DNA of 64,000 nucleotides from Hydractinia symbiolongicarpus (Eukaryota): NCBI RefSeq assembly GCF_029227915.1, contig NC_079880.1, positions 19,707,855 to 19,771,854 of the forward strand, read 5' to 3'. Shown piece by piece: positions 23,256 to 36,266 of this stretch (position 1 is its first letter; each line of letters starts with the position of its first letter). The notes under the pieces were generated by a model. It saw only the letters and a program-made list of their open reading frames with translations, ran no database searches and was not told where the DNA came from. The position numbers and the translations under genes were made by a program.

Positions 23256-26200
23256 AACGGTGTGCGGATTTCTTTTGTTCATTCTTATTTTTTTAACAAA
23301 AGCCTTTTGTTTTTTTCAAAAGATTCTTTGTTAGCATCCCCTGTTGCATCGAACGCTGTTAAAAGAAAAATATTCCGAATAAAAAGATTTCCGCACATCG
23401 TATCATGGTTGCATGATTCACCGAGCATTTCATATTTTTTAGCCAAATTGACCTCATTTTAGAATTTTAGAATCAGTTGGAAGTGAAAAAAAGGTTTTTT
23501 TCTCGGTTTCAGTAACATTTGCACTTTCCTCGTTTTTCTTTTTCTTCTTTTTCTTCTTACTTTTACTTGAACAGTTGACGACAACACACCAAGACATTTT
23601 AAAGTTGTATCGTTATCAAAGACAGAGACAAACGCATGGCACAGATTTATACAATTCCAATTCTGTAAGGCTGACATTATCCGCACCTGGTCTCAGTTCC
23701 CGCACAAAAAATAATGCAGCTTTAAAATAATCTACTTTAATTTGTGTAGACAGACATTCTGTTTGAGTGGACAGGGACATAAAGTTCTATCTCTGAAAGT
23801 GAGTCGCATGCTTTGAAATTATGTATTCATAAATTGCTACATTTTTTTGAAAAGGGGGTAAAATATTAAAAAAATTAAATTTAATCTGGCAATATTGTTC
23901 AGAGTAAAATAATCATTTTCTATTTACAATGTTTTGATTCGCCGGGAACCCAACGCTTACGTCACAACAAAAATATTATTTTAGCCTCCCTTTCATGTAG
24001 AATCGCTTCAGTATAAACATGCTTTCCAAAACGTGCACTATAAAAAATTTGTAAACATAAAGGAAATGTTGTGCGAGTTGTAAAACCTTAGAAAGATAAT
24101 TACTTATATTTTCGCAACAAATAAGGTAAGTTGAATTCAGTTCAAGCTACTTTTTTATTATTATATTTTTACTGGACAGTACCTTTAAAGCTCGTCGTTT
24201 TGTTGTTGTTAACGTTTCTCTTTAATAATTACGTCATTTCTTTCTGTACAATTTCGCAAGCACGTAGACTATGTTCGGCAGAACTAATTAATTATCAATG
24301 ATTTTATTTTAAAGAGGAATTGTTGAGACTGAATATTTTTGGTGAAAGATAATAGTATGTTAGCTATAAAATCGTGACAAGTGTGTTTTAACAGAAAAAA
24401 TATGGATATATAGTCTGAAAATAACCTTTTGTCTAAAAAAAAATTTTTAATTAAAAGGGTTACTGCCACCTTAAATACAACAAAAAGCTTAGGGACATGA
24501 AGATTTTCGCCATTACCAATATATAGAAGCGAACCAGAGTTTGCAATAACCTAGAAAATTGTTTTTTTTCGAATTTTTTACATTTCAACTCGTTTTCGAA
24601 AGCGGGAGGAGAAAATATTTTTGTTTTTTGTTTGTTTTTTCTTAAACATAAGACAGCATTGAACTGAGGGAAAAGGCGATTGTAGCTAGCCAGCCCAAAC
24701 CCGTTAGCAATGAATACAACGAATAGTATTTTTTTTGGAAAAGACTTATAGGACGTTGAAAGTTTGCTGATAGAACCAGATTTTTAAAACTAAAAAGACA
24801 AACAAACTCTTGTTTAAATCACCCCGTAGAGATTTTGGTTTACCATGGCTACACAGTGTTTTGTTTTATGTTACCATGGCTACACACAATAATTGCTGTA
24901 AACAGAAGAATTAGTTTATATCTGCGCAGACATAGAACAGCATTGACCCAGACGTGCTATGACACGAAAACTGTTCTGTGAATAAAGACGTCGTAGTTCG
25001 AAGAAAGGACCCAGCGGGACTTAACAACCGATTGAAATTTTTGATGCGATAGCTGTCTATTGTGCAGACGAAGTCATGTTATTGTTGACTACATGCGTGT
25101 GTGAATTGTATTATAAAAACGAAAGAAATTTGCGTTTGTTTTGTTTGCCCGTTAAATGTCACTCGCGATTTTTTAATGTTTACGTGTCTTAATGACGTGT
25201 TCTAGCCTAGTTAACTAAGCTTTCTTCGAGGATATCAAATTCAGTTTCTCTCAAACAAAAGCTTAGACGCAATGTCAAAGTAGATCACTATTTGAATCCA
25301 CCTCAGTCAAAGTAAATCCCGAAATACTACACACTATACTACTGTCACATCTCACTGTCATAAATAAAACAAGAATTAATTATATTTGTTCGAGTGAGTG
25401 AGGCCATTCTAGTTCAAAACAAAGGAGTGAACAATTAGAGTTAATTAATCAATCAAAAAGCGCGGTAAGTATTCTGACTGCAGAAAATCGTTTGAGACCC
25501 CAGCGTACCCCCCCCCCTCCTCTTAACCATTCCGATTTCGTGGTGGTAGAAAAATTATGCCAGCTTAGCTAGACGTGTTTTAAAGTTTTAACAACTTGCG
25601 CATTTTTGTTCATTTTTTAATTTCTATATTGTATAAAAATATTTCCTGTCTGTTTATTAAAACACTAGTTTGCGCACTTAATTAGCCAGAAAAGTCCTCT
25701 CCTCACCATGCTTTTCCCACACACTTAAACATAACAAAAGGAAGGCAGTAAATAAAATTCTACCATTTTTAATCACCTCTGCTTCTTCACAGCAATCTTA
25801 AAATACATGGTGAAAAAAATAAAATAAAATTGAGATTAGAATATATTTAATATGTATATCCTGACCTACAATCATTACTAATTTCGTAAGTATTAAAGTT
25901 TCTCTCTTCCACTAATGTGACCAATAGGACCAACTTCGAATACACTGTCTTAAGACGGACTAGAGCTAACTACCGACATAAGACTTTTAAACTGGATACC
26001 TCCACAAGAATGATGCATGATTTGAGCTTTTGAGCAAATGTTTTAAAATTGCCCTAACTATTAACATGCGTGGTTAAGGACTTTTCAGGATCATCAGAAT
26101 TTATTATTTTTCTGTAAAATTCGCACCCACATTAGCGTGTGTACTGCTTCGCAAAAGAAAAACAGAGATTCAGAAATTTAAATTTTTCATAACTTGTAAG

Positions 26201-26307
26201 AGCATTTTAACATAGGTTTGTGCCGAGTGACAGGCTTGTGGCGTACAAAAGACAACAAACTCAGGAATATTGGGAGATCTAAACTGTACTTTAATACATT
26301 TTGTTCT

Positions 26308-26597
26308 ATGTCACGGGGTTTAAAGCTCCGGAGACTTTCTCATTCGCGTCTGTTAATTTTCAATATTTCCGGCGTCCTAGGAAACAGGGCGTGAGTCTAG
26401 GGATTTTAGCTAAAGAAGCTCTTGGTTTGGAGTGGGGAACGCTTTGCAAACTTCGGCAATCTGGTGGACATTGGACGTACAGCTCACATCGGGAAACAGC
26501 CTCGAGTCTTTTTTATTGTGGACTTACACGTTCTCCCATGCCTGCTCCAGGTCTATCAGTCATACGATTGACATAACCCATCACCACAGCCGCATTT
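26308..26597. other. GC-rich 290 bp segment flanked by 19 bp direct repeats (ACATTTTGTTCTATGTCAC), a candidate retroposed insertion with a target-site duplication
   Basis: The 19-mer occurs at 26289-26307 and again at 26597-26615. The enclosed sequence is about 50% GC, unlike the flanks. Confidence 0.4.
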
Positions 26598-28534
26598 TGT
26601 TACATTTTGTTCTATGTCACCTTTCACATACCGTGTAAAATACCGAAATCAAGTGCAGTGCTTATCAGTGGTGTTAGCAAGATTATGATGCGGTTATCCG
26701 AGTTTAAAAAAAAATTGAATTATTTTTTCTTGATAATGTATATTCTCTTGTGCATCATTTTGTTTTTTACGACTTGTGCCAGAAGCTTTGGCCAAGGTTG
26801 TGTATCCAATGATGAATGAGAGGCGAATTTTATGGATAAAAGCAGTCATTACTAGTGAAAAGCGTCGTGCTCCTGAAGACACTTGGGTCCCTGGAGGAGG
26901 AATTGAACTCCCGTGTACATATTATATATAAGCTGCAAAAATTCATAAAAACTTATTAACAGGAATAAAATCTCGATAAGGATTTGGTGCGCTTAACAAC
27001 GGATGCGCTTATAATCGGGTGCACTTGATTTCGCCTCACTCATAGTCTCCAAAGTAACTCTCCAAAGAAGTTAACCGGCAATTTTACCCTTTTGTACGAT
27101 ATAAATATTAACATACCTGATTTTAAAACAACAGTTTTCTTCTTACTGCATTTTTTAATGTTGTGGGTTCTTATGCTGGATTATGAGCCAAGAATGAGTT
27201 TTAACATTGATGTGTGTTTTAAGGTACCACTTATATTAAGTCGAAGTTGCAGTTGTTTTTCACATCTAGTGCCTTATTTTTTCATATCTAGCTACACCGC
27301 ACCAAGCTTGAGGCTAGCTTTTAAGAGAGGGGTCAGCATGTCAAAAGGTGGAAAAATGCGTTTAGAGATTGCCGTGTATAAAGATGGGCGATTCTGTCTA
27401 TAAACGTGCCGCGTTTTAAGTTGGATTAAAATAATGAAATCAAAATTATGATGCCTTCACACTCAGCATTAGTTTTAACGTCAATATGGAGCTGTTTAGA
27501 GAGGTGAGTAAAGCCCTGGACAATATTCGCGACAATTTTTTTGACGAAAAGTAGAAACCAATTCAACTTTTCTTCATGACAAAAATCGCCACCAATCAAA
27601 TTCGAGTATTGATAACGATCGTCGCAAAAATCGTCCCGAGGAGATTCGAAAGTTGTGTAGATTTGTTGACGATAAATCGAATCTTATTAAAATTAGTTTA
27701 CCCGCCACCTACTCTGAAGTATATTTCACATAGTAACTGAATTACTCTTCCATCGTTTTATTTTTTTGTTTACAATCGAGGTTACCATTTTTTAAATATG
27801 AAAGTCTGTCTATTCCAAACCTTTTTAGCAGGTGCTACTAAGCCTTTCCAACCTGCCTAAAACTGTATTCATCCATCAACCAACGTCTCCTACCCACACT
27901 AGCACGAGTGCGAAAAAGCAAAACAAAATAACCGATCTTTATTTTAAGCCTTTATAAGTTCTCTAAAACAAAGGGCAAAGTTTTTTCTAAAACAAAGGAA
28001 TGAGAATTCTGAACCAATTTTAGCATATATCAGAGCAAAAGATGAAGATATAAATTTTTAGCATCCTAATGAGTTTTGTTCGATGAAACGTTACAGGTGT
28101 GTTGTGAAATGCCATAAACTTTAATATATACTAGCCTTCGTTTAGAAGGTTGGCAGCTGTAGGTTTAGAAAGATCACTTTCCTAGACTTTTTCATCGCTT
28201 TGTTTTTTTTACTTACAATCAAAGGCAATAATTTCCAATCTTCACTTTTTATTGTCGTGTTGTCTTTTTAACAAACCTTCACAAGATGACCACGTGGAAC
28301 ATCTAGGTGAGGGAAAGTTCGATAGTTTAATGTAAGTTAGTAGGATAGAAATGGCGTTTTTTCGGGATAAAAAATGAAAACTTTAATTACTAGAACTTTC
28401 GTCATTGCGTTGTCGACATAATACATCTTTGCAAGCCAGCTGAAAAAGTGGAATAAGTGCCAAATTTTCAACGGTGTCTAAGTAGCAGAGGATCCAATAA
28501 CCTTAAGGTCGTTGTTTGTACTTGCACCACGCAG

Positions 28535-28771
28535 CTACAATAATCTTCTGCTGTATGCGTCTATTGTGCCGTGCACAGCAAAACCAGAGAGTTTGTGCTT
28601 ATCGTAGCCATTAATGTGCCACAGACAATATGGTCCTACTGCAACGTAAAACCGTCTTTTCAACCGCCTTGACTGTCGCATTTTGATACCTTCAGGATCT
28701 AAACTTTTCATGGAAATTCTGACCCCTTCTCTATCAACTTTAATGCCAAATTTACGCAGTTTTAAATGCAT
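28535..28771 (-). pseudogene. Fragment of a DDE integrase/transposase (rve-like core: ...GPYCLWHINGYDKHKLSGFAVHGTIDAYSRRLL); a degraded TE remnant
   Basis: The W-H-x-D/N-G ... h-G-x-I-D-x-x-S-R-R spacing is typical of the first two catalytic blocks of retroviral-type integrases. The first Asp is replaced by Asn, the ORF is short, and no intact flanking ORF is present. Confidence 0.4.
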
Positions 28772-28929
28772 AAATCGATAGCCAATGCAATTGTTGAAAC
28801 CTTGTAAAAAATCACTAATATTGTCTATGACGATATTTATAGGTGTTTTTATTTTGTTATCGAAACAGAGATTTCTCTCGTAAGAGATGATGAACTGTCG
28901 CAGACTTATTGCGATTCTATGATAGTTCT

Positions 28930-29840
28930 CCGGTTGAGATTTTCGTTAATTACTTCCTAAGTAGCAAATAAGACGCGAATATCACGTCCGGTGGAGATAT
29001 CCGCGAATTATTTCTTAAGTTGTGAATATGTGGCGAAAGAGTGGCGAATATATCGCTAATATGTCGACTTTGAAATAATGTGAATTTTTTTTAAAAAAGG
29101 TAATGCTGATGTCTTAATAGAGCATCCATATCATTTGTATCACCTTTTTATAGATAACCAAATTACTATTCCAAATTACTATTTTTGTCGTTAAAAACAC
29201 TGTCAAATTTCTTTGGTAACGTCACCAGTGTTAGGTCACGTCATAATTTTGTTTGTTTAGGAAATGTTTTATTCCATAGACCTTAAGAAATGCATGTAAC
29301 CATCAAAATGTTACAAACAAGTAACTCACGAAAATTTATGATAATTCTCCAAAATAAATCTACACGAAATTGCTAGAAATGACTTTTTTTTGCTCAAATT
29401 AATCTTCGCGAATTTGTCGTTTTTTCTCTTTCTTTCTCAATAAACACACACAATAAACACACAAAAAATTTATTTATTACGTTTTTCTGCTTTTTCAAAC
29501 ATTTCGCGAACTGTCTTGCAACGCATTGGCTTATTTCCTTAATTACTTCACTCGCATAAGATTTGGGATTAAGAATCTTAGCGATGTCAATATTTATTTT
29601 TTTCCAAAAAAAATACCCATGATACCTCCTCTTTAGCAGAACAGTTCTTCCACCATCTTTTTGTAACTTTGCATGAAAATGTGGCCCATTAGCGAAAAAA
29701 AACTTCGCTAATTATTCGAAATAAGCTGATTCGCGAAAATAACTCTTGATGACGAAATAGCTGAAATTGACTAATTCGCAAAAATTAATCTCTGCGAAAT
29801 GCAGTTTTGGTGACCTCGCAAAAATAAGTCTTTGCGAAAA
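28930..29840. repeat. Cluster of degenerate roughly 30 bp repeats containing CpG-bearing TTCGCGAA / TCTCTGCGAAA cores
   Basis: The motifs cgcgaatatcacg, ccgcgaattatttc, cttcgcgaatttgtcg, gattcgcgaaaataactc, aattcgcaaaaattaatctctgcgaaatg and cctcgcaaaaataagtctttgcgaaaat recur. Related motifs also occur at 5085-5160 and 48530-48610. Confidence 0.5.
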
Positions 29841-31996
29841 TTATTTAAGTTAAGGTAAATAGAAAAAACTTGCTGACGTGAGAAATGAGTTTTTTTAGCC
29901 ATGTGACTATACACATAGGTCGTGTTTTATGACTTCGTCAAAAAATTAACAAAACAGACAACACTGAAATACTCAAGAATAATAAAAGATTAAGAAAATT
30001 TTCAATAATAGGAGCAATGGCTTAACGACTATAAAAAAATATGACCTCGTGAAAAAACACAACCTCTGCTTTGCCATGAATACACATGTTTGTCAGAACA
30101 TCCCTATAGTACACTGTTTTGGTGTTTGACACATACGGCTTTGTTTTTTAAAAGAACCAGGGAATTTGGATTAAGCTAAATTAAGAGTGTTTTCCACATA
30201 TATTGACAATTTTTTATTTATTTTGCAGTATATAACAAATTATTGTAGCCCAAAATTTAAGCATGTAAGTGTTGCAAAATTGTTACGATCGATCATTTGC
30301 TTTATTTATATTTTTATTAATTTTATCAAAAGTTGATTTTTATGATATTATAAACGAAGTTGTGTAAGTGAGAGAAATTAAAAACTCCAGTTCCCGTGAA
30401 AATTTTTATTTCTTATACCAAAAACAACACAAACAAATAAACAGGGCATAAACACTTATTATTCATTAAAATATTCCATAATTACTTAACTACTAAAAAT
30501 AGTTAGACAGTATACACATCGTATTTAAAAGCTTAATTAATTTTTTTATCGGTTAGTAATTTTCGTTTTTTTTTTGAAAAGTCAAAAAAATTACTAACCT
30601 CGGTTTTAGCTTAGCTCTTAACATAGAAAACTTACTTTCAAGTGAAAATAACACCATAGAAATCTAATTTATTTGAGCTCCAAAAGTTTGACGATAATTA
30701 TTCAACACCTTAACACGAGTTTAAAATTAGTTAAGATAAAAATAAAAAATCAACTGAAAAATATATGGCTAATTAGTTAGGTAGTTCAAAATTTAATTAT
30801 AATAAAAATTACAGCTAAAATTATCTCTAACAACGCGAAAAGAAAAACGTAAAAAAGAATAACTGAATTTTAAAATATATTTTAAGTTAAAAGAAGTAAA
30901 AAGAGTTACAAAAGAGACAATAAAAGTAGGCTGTAAAATGTCACTAACTTTCTTTTTTTCAGCTTTCACAATATAAAGTTTACTATCACATAAAAATAAC
31001 AACATATGAATCTATCTTACCTGAGTACTAAGTATAGTCACCTGTTTAAAAGCTAAAATTCTATGGCTAGTTAGCTAGGTATTTTTGTCTCTTCGTCTTC
31101 ATAAAAATGAGTTCGCTATATGTACAAAATTAAATAGCTACAAACTTGATTTCATTTTGGTAAGACTAAATAGAGAGCCATGTTCATCCCAGCTGAATTA
31201 TTTCCCTGTTTACCATTCTATGCCTCGCTTTTAAAGGGAGGTTTGAATACAGGAAACAAAAGTTGATAAGAGTTAAAATAATAACAATAAACTGTGTTAG
31301 CCAAATTTGCAATTCTTTAACTGTAAATCATTTATCCTAAGCAAAATTAAAAACTGTATCTACATTTATACTTTCTGTATCTACATCTATACGTGATGAA
31401 TTAAGATCTTTATATATATTCAAAAAACATTCTAAGATTTAAAATACATTAACAGTAATAATAAACAATGAAAACATAGGGTGAGCTACAAAAGTGTTGA
31501 GCATCCATATGGTTTCAAAGTTACAATGCTATTATATTCATAAGAAGGCTTAAGAAAAGTCAATGCTGCGAATAAGGCAGCATCATAATGGCAGCTTTGA
31601 TAATAAAAGCCTTTTATAAAAGGAATTTTCGTTAGTCGCAGTAACTTCTTTTACAAATGATGAACATAATTGAAAATTATTTGCAGCGAATTCTTCGATT
31701 TTTGGTAAAATGGTGAAATCGTAATGTGCGAAATCTTAGCTGTTCTGTACTTTTTAAACAAGGAAAATTTCATGTAAATTTGTTAGGTCCTGCTTTTTAA
31801 AATAAAAACAAAGGATCGCCTTGATGCCACAAAATCAAGTCCTACACACATTACAAATTGTAAAATGTTTCTAAACTTTGTCAATGGCAATATAATGGAA
31901 ATTCAATTATCAATAAATTCACTTCAGATCAATTTTAAACTAAACTAAACAAGATTTTAACGTCTTTTTCTGCTTAACCAGAGCCACGGGTTCGTT

Positions 31997-32677
31997 TCAA
32001 TATACGAAGTCACATTTTCCTTTTATGTCTGGATTTAAACGCAAAGGATGATTTTCTATTGTTCTCTTTATGTTATCAAAGAATACTTCAGTACCATATC
32101 CAGCTGATATATTGTCAGCGATTGTTGACGAAAATATTGCTGGGTATGCAAAATCATTTTTATGTATTGCTGATTCAAATGTTGGTTCACCTTTTTGACA
32201 GGAGTAAATTATCAACACATTATCTGGTAGTGAACGTTTATTTCTCTGTATGATTTCATCTTCACCAGAATGCTCTGCATCTCTACAAGCATCCACTGTA
32301 ATGACGAGTTTAAGAACATTTACCTTAAGTTGTGTTTGAAGAATACCAACAATATCCTTCAAGCTGTGACAACCATCAATAAAATGTATAAACGTGTCCT
32401 GTTTTTTTCTTTCGTAATGGCCATGTGAAGAAGAATGAAGAAACACGCAAACATTATTATTATCATTATTATCAATTTTTGCTTTTACTTTGTCCATCAT
32501 TTCCACAAAATCCTGAAATGAGCCATCATCTTTTATAAACGACGCATCGAAATCACACTGACTTAAACGTTGTCTTACAAATGTTACATCTGCTCTTTCT
32601 CCGATTAAACCTTTCTCTTCAACTCGTCTTCTTTCTTCTTTCCCAACACTGTTTACCTGGATTAACCGCTCAGCCAT
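31997..32677 (-). CDS. Intronless 226 aa caspase-like (clan CD cysteine peptidase fold) protein with an atypical catalytic pentapeptide DACRD in place of QACRG. No CARD/DED prodomain.
   Basis: The catalytic His block (VCVFLHSSSHGH) and Cys block (LVITVDACRDAEH) are 46 residues apart, as in caspases. A p10-like PDNVLIIYSCQKGEPTFES segment aligns with caspase EADFLYAYSTAPGYYSWR. The ATG at 32675-32677 has an in-frame upstream stop. Confidence 0.6.
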   Translation of the reverse strand: MAERLIQVNSVGKEERRRVEEKGLIGERADVTFVRQRLSQCDFDASFIKDDGSFQDFVEMMDKVKAKIDNNDNNNVCVFLHSSSHGHYERKKQDTFIHFIDGCHSLKDIVGILQTQLKVNVLKLVITVDACRDAEHSGEDEIIQRNKRSLPDNVLIIYSCQKGEPTFESAIHKNDFAYPAIFSSTIADNISAGYGTEVFFDNIKRTIENHPLRLNPDIKGKCDFVY

Positions 32678-33842
32678 GTGTTTGCAATGGACTGTTTCTT
32701 GTGTTTTTTTAAACAGAGTCTACGAGAAAGTTTTTTTTCAAAAGGGTATTATCCCTAGACGCCTGTGCAACACGGTTTAACTGTACTAAGCGCTCAACCC
32801 ACTGTCTCGATAAATTTTTTAACTTTCACAAAAACTTAATCCGCAAAATAAAATAATATTGACTGATTGTTTTTCTATGATGGACTAACAATAGTTTATA
32901 AAATCTGTTTTTATTTCAGCTCTTGTTGCGGGAATGTAATTTTTTGATGAATATATTACAGTCCCAGCACTATAAGGGTGTATGCGTTTCACTTGATTTA
33001 CGACATACTGTATACCTGTACTAAAGCGCTTCACCTGATCGTGTGGCAGAGTGTTGGGGCACACCTTGTCTTGTACCTTACCCCGCGTTTCGACGCCGGG
33101 TTTCCAGGCTATCTCTTTAATAATAGCCATCATCTGTTTGTCTCTGCTCGGATTCCCCCGCTGAGTTAGAAAATTGTGGTACGGAAACACGAATATCAAA
33201 TACAATATTTCTATCCACTTTGTTGCGACAGTTAAATTTAAAGGACGGGCGAACCCATGGATTTTTCCACGGGCTACCGACTAAGTTATCTAACACTTTA
33301 ATAATAGCCTGTCTGTCTCTGTGCGGACCCCCTGCTGAGTTTCCGTAATAATATTCCTATGAATGGTTTTATTCATTGAATGGAATTGTAATTGCATCAT
33401 ATTTTACACACAATTTAGGTGTTAAGCATTCGTTATCTAATGAACATTCTTACTTAACGCGACAATTAAATGCATAGTTGTTATTACACGCAAATTGCAA
33501 AAACGTCGTTTCTATGTTGTCCAGGAATGTTCCAGCAACCATTGTTCAACTTCTCTTTAACGCGTAAGCAACTTGAAGATTCATAACATGTTTTCGTATC
33601 CTCTCCCCAGCATGATCCCAAAGTTTTTTGTACATGACTACGCGGAAAAAAAGATCGTTTCCACTGTATGCGATTTTTAGCATAAACATCATCAACACAT
33701 GCAACTTCTCCAATAACAACGTGGATTGATAGCAAATTGATAACAACGACTTCATGTGCTAGGTACATCTCCTGATAAGGCAGCCTGTTAGCATGATCCA
33801 ACCGCCTAAGTTTCAAACAAAACTGTTGCAATCAAGTCTTAA

Positions 33843-33930
33843 CCCTAATCGGTCCGGGGAGAAGGGGGGGGGGGGGGCGCTCACCCCCCCTGACGGTTTT
33901 TTTTAATAACTCCTTTAGGGTTTTCAGCTA
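33843..33930 (+). mobile_element. piggyBac-like MITE family, short 5'-terminal fragment
   Basis: TTAA|CCCTAATCGGTCCGGGG...G-run...CTGACGGTTTTTTTTAATAACTCC matches the 5' end of the full copy at 61917. It is followed directly by a minisatellite. Confidence 0.6.
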
Positions 33931-33931
33931 T

Positions 33932-34022
33932 TTTTTTACATAATTTTACATAATTTTAGATAATTTTACATAATTTTAAACAATTTTACATAATTTTACA
34001 TAATTTTACATAATCTTACATA
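33932..34022. repeat. Minisatellite (CATAATTTTA)n of about nine units
   Basis: The sequence reads tacataattttacataattttagataattttacataattttaaacaattttacataattttacataattttacataatcttacataatt. Confidence 0.9.
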
Positions 34023-34982
34023 ATTATTCAAAATAAGTAAATACGTTCGTATGAAACGCAAAAGAACGTAGACATTGGAAAGATAAGAACACATGGAAAG
34101 ACGTTACACAGAACCAAGTAACGATTTAACAGTCACATTAGATTTACTATATTATTCACAATTTTTTATTATTTTCAATCTTCTGTCAAGTAATTTTACC
34201 TCCTTCGCCCATGCAGAGCACTGAAAAAAACTAAGGGTTAATTATTTTGTGTGTATAATATTTCAGGGGTGGTACCATAAAGAAAAGGTTGAAAGAATAT
34301 ATATAATGTATGAGATGTAAGGTATAAGGCTTACAGAGAATCTACTTCAAAAATGTAAGACTTAAGAATGCGATATCCATGTTAGCTCATTATTTTTCTT
34401 TTAATACATTGACTAAATTGTTCAAGGTGTTTCCAGGTTTCGCTATCTAACTTGAAAACATAATACGATCCTTTCCTAGAATCAGCACTGTTGAATAATC
34501 GAAGTTAAAGCTGTCGATATATAAAAGAGAATTGAAAGCCATGTAGACGCGTTTAGAAAAATAATAAATTATTAAACATCTTCCAATATGCACCAGATAG
34601 ATTGAATAGTTCTATTTATAATTTGCCAGTTAAACGGAGGGATGGATAAAGTGGATAAATGCACAATAATGTATCGAATCTTTCAAAGGGCACATTAAAG
34701 TAAACAAAGAATGAATGAATGCATAATTTATGAAGCGCCATAATAATTCAAAACAATGTGCAGCTATTAACTATCGTCTGAATGATTTATATCTAAGGTG
34801 GAATTCTATATTTTCAGTTTGTTAAAAAATACTCCAGAAGTTGATGAACATAATACAAGTAAGTAGACTTGATATTATTAGATTCCAACATAATAACAAT
34901 TGATGATGGTAGCAAATGATATACCTTCGAATACAGCCTTATTTCTTGGTTGAAACCAAACCTCAATAAACAAGTTAAGTAA

Positions 34983-35336
34983 GTGGCGCCGTAGATTAGT
35001 GGTTATAGCTCTCGTACTCTGTGCGGGAGACCGGGGTTCGATTCCTCTTGACGGCGATTCAACATGGGCGAGTGAATGTTACCATAGCCCCGGGTTAACC
35101 CAAGCCATGTGAGGGAAATTGGGAAGATGGCACACTGTGTGGGCCGTTTGATGTTGCCGGGAGTTGTCTAGTAGAGCGCGGGCTCTAATTGGGTCTGCGT
35201 AGCTCAAAATGAGCATTAAATACTCTAGGACTCTCCATCTACGCCATGGCCCCTCCTGGAAATAATAGACAGGGTATATCCCTCGATATTTGTGAGGCTA
35301 GCCATGTAAAATATGCACATCTATCTATCTATCTCA
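34983..35336 (+). mobile_element. tRNA-derived SINE (tRNA-Asp-like head with A and B boxes, GC-rich body, (ATCT)n tail), not a functional tRNA
   Basis: The head GTGGCGCCGTAGATTAGTGGTTATAGC...TGTGCGGGAGACCGGGGTTCGATTCC is close to the tRNA-Asp 3' half GCGGGAGACCGGGGTTCGATTCCCCGACGGGGAG. The anticodon and T stems do not pair. The element ends in atctatctatctatc at 35320-35336. Confidence 0.6.
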
Positions 35337-36266
35337 TTGCATCATCAATTTATCCGTTTAATTTTATGTTTTGTATTAGCCGCTTGTTCAATATCGTTTT
35401 TGTTACTTAGATTTAGCATGTATAAATTCATTTAATAAAATTAAAAAATTGTACTTTTGGGAAATATTTAATTGTCTTAAACAAATTGTGTATATAAATT
35501 TTATTTAACTAACTTTTGTTAGTTTATCTAATATTATTTTGTCAATATGGATTAGCTTGTGTATAATTCATATAAAATTGTACTTTTGGGAAATATTTAA
35601 ATTTTACTACTGGTAAATATTTAAATTTATAATTCATATAAAATTGTACTTTTGGGAAATATTCAAATAACTTTCGAAAAAATTTTTGTATAAAGAGTGT
35701 ATGTATCAACTTTTGTATAATATTCTGAAGATGACTTTGGTAAAGTCGAAACATGTTAAAAATAAAACGTGTCGTAATTTTTATGAAAATACTTTGCAAT
35801 CTTGTGTTGCTACGAAGTTTTGGAAATAGAATACAGCCTTGTAAGTAGTAAAAATTGTCTAAATTCTGTGCAACCAAGACCTACATCTGGATAATCTAAC
35901 AAGCAGAACAGCGTTTAGCAACTTCTTAGTGACCTGGAGTCTGAAATAAAAACTTCCCTTAGCAATTGGGGTTGAATTAAAAAAATGTGCAGGTATTACT
36001 TATAATTTAATTTAGGTATAACTTACTAAGAGAAATGAAACATCTATAAATATAAAGTCTGATAATAAGTAAATATCAATTGAACAGAAAAAAAAACATT
36101 TTTGTAAAGTAGAATCAATTATTAAGATTATCCAAAATTTAAACAAACTGATAATATGACACTACTTCAGTAAAGTAATTTCTATGCAACGTTATATTTA
36201 ATCAGATACGTTCGCTGTTGTTTCTTCAAAAATATATTATTATTTGTCTTTCAATCAATAGTTTAA

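Noticed and set aside
34983-35060. Possible functional tRNA-Asp gene.
   Set aside because: The anticodon stem and T stem cannot be paired and the acceptor stem is mismatched. The downstream GC-rich body and (ATCT)n tail indicate a SINE.
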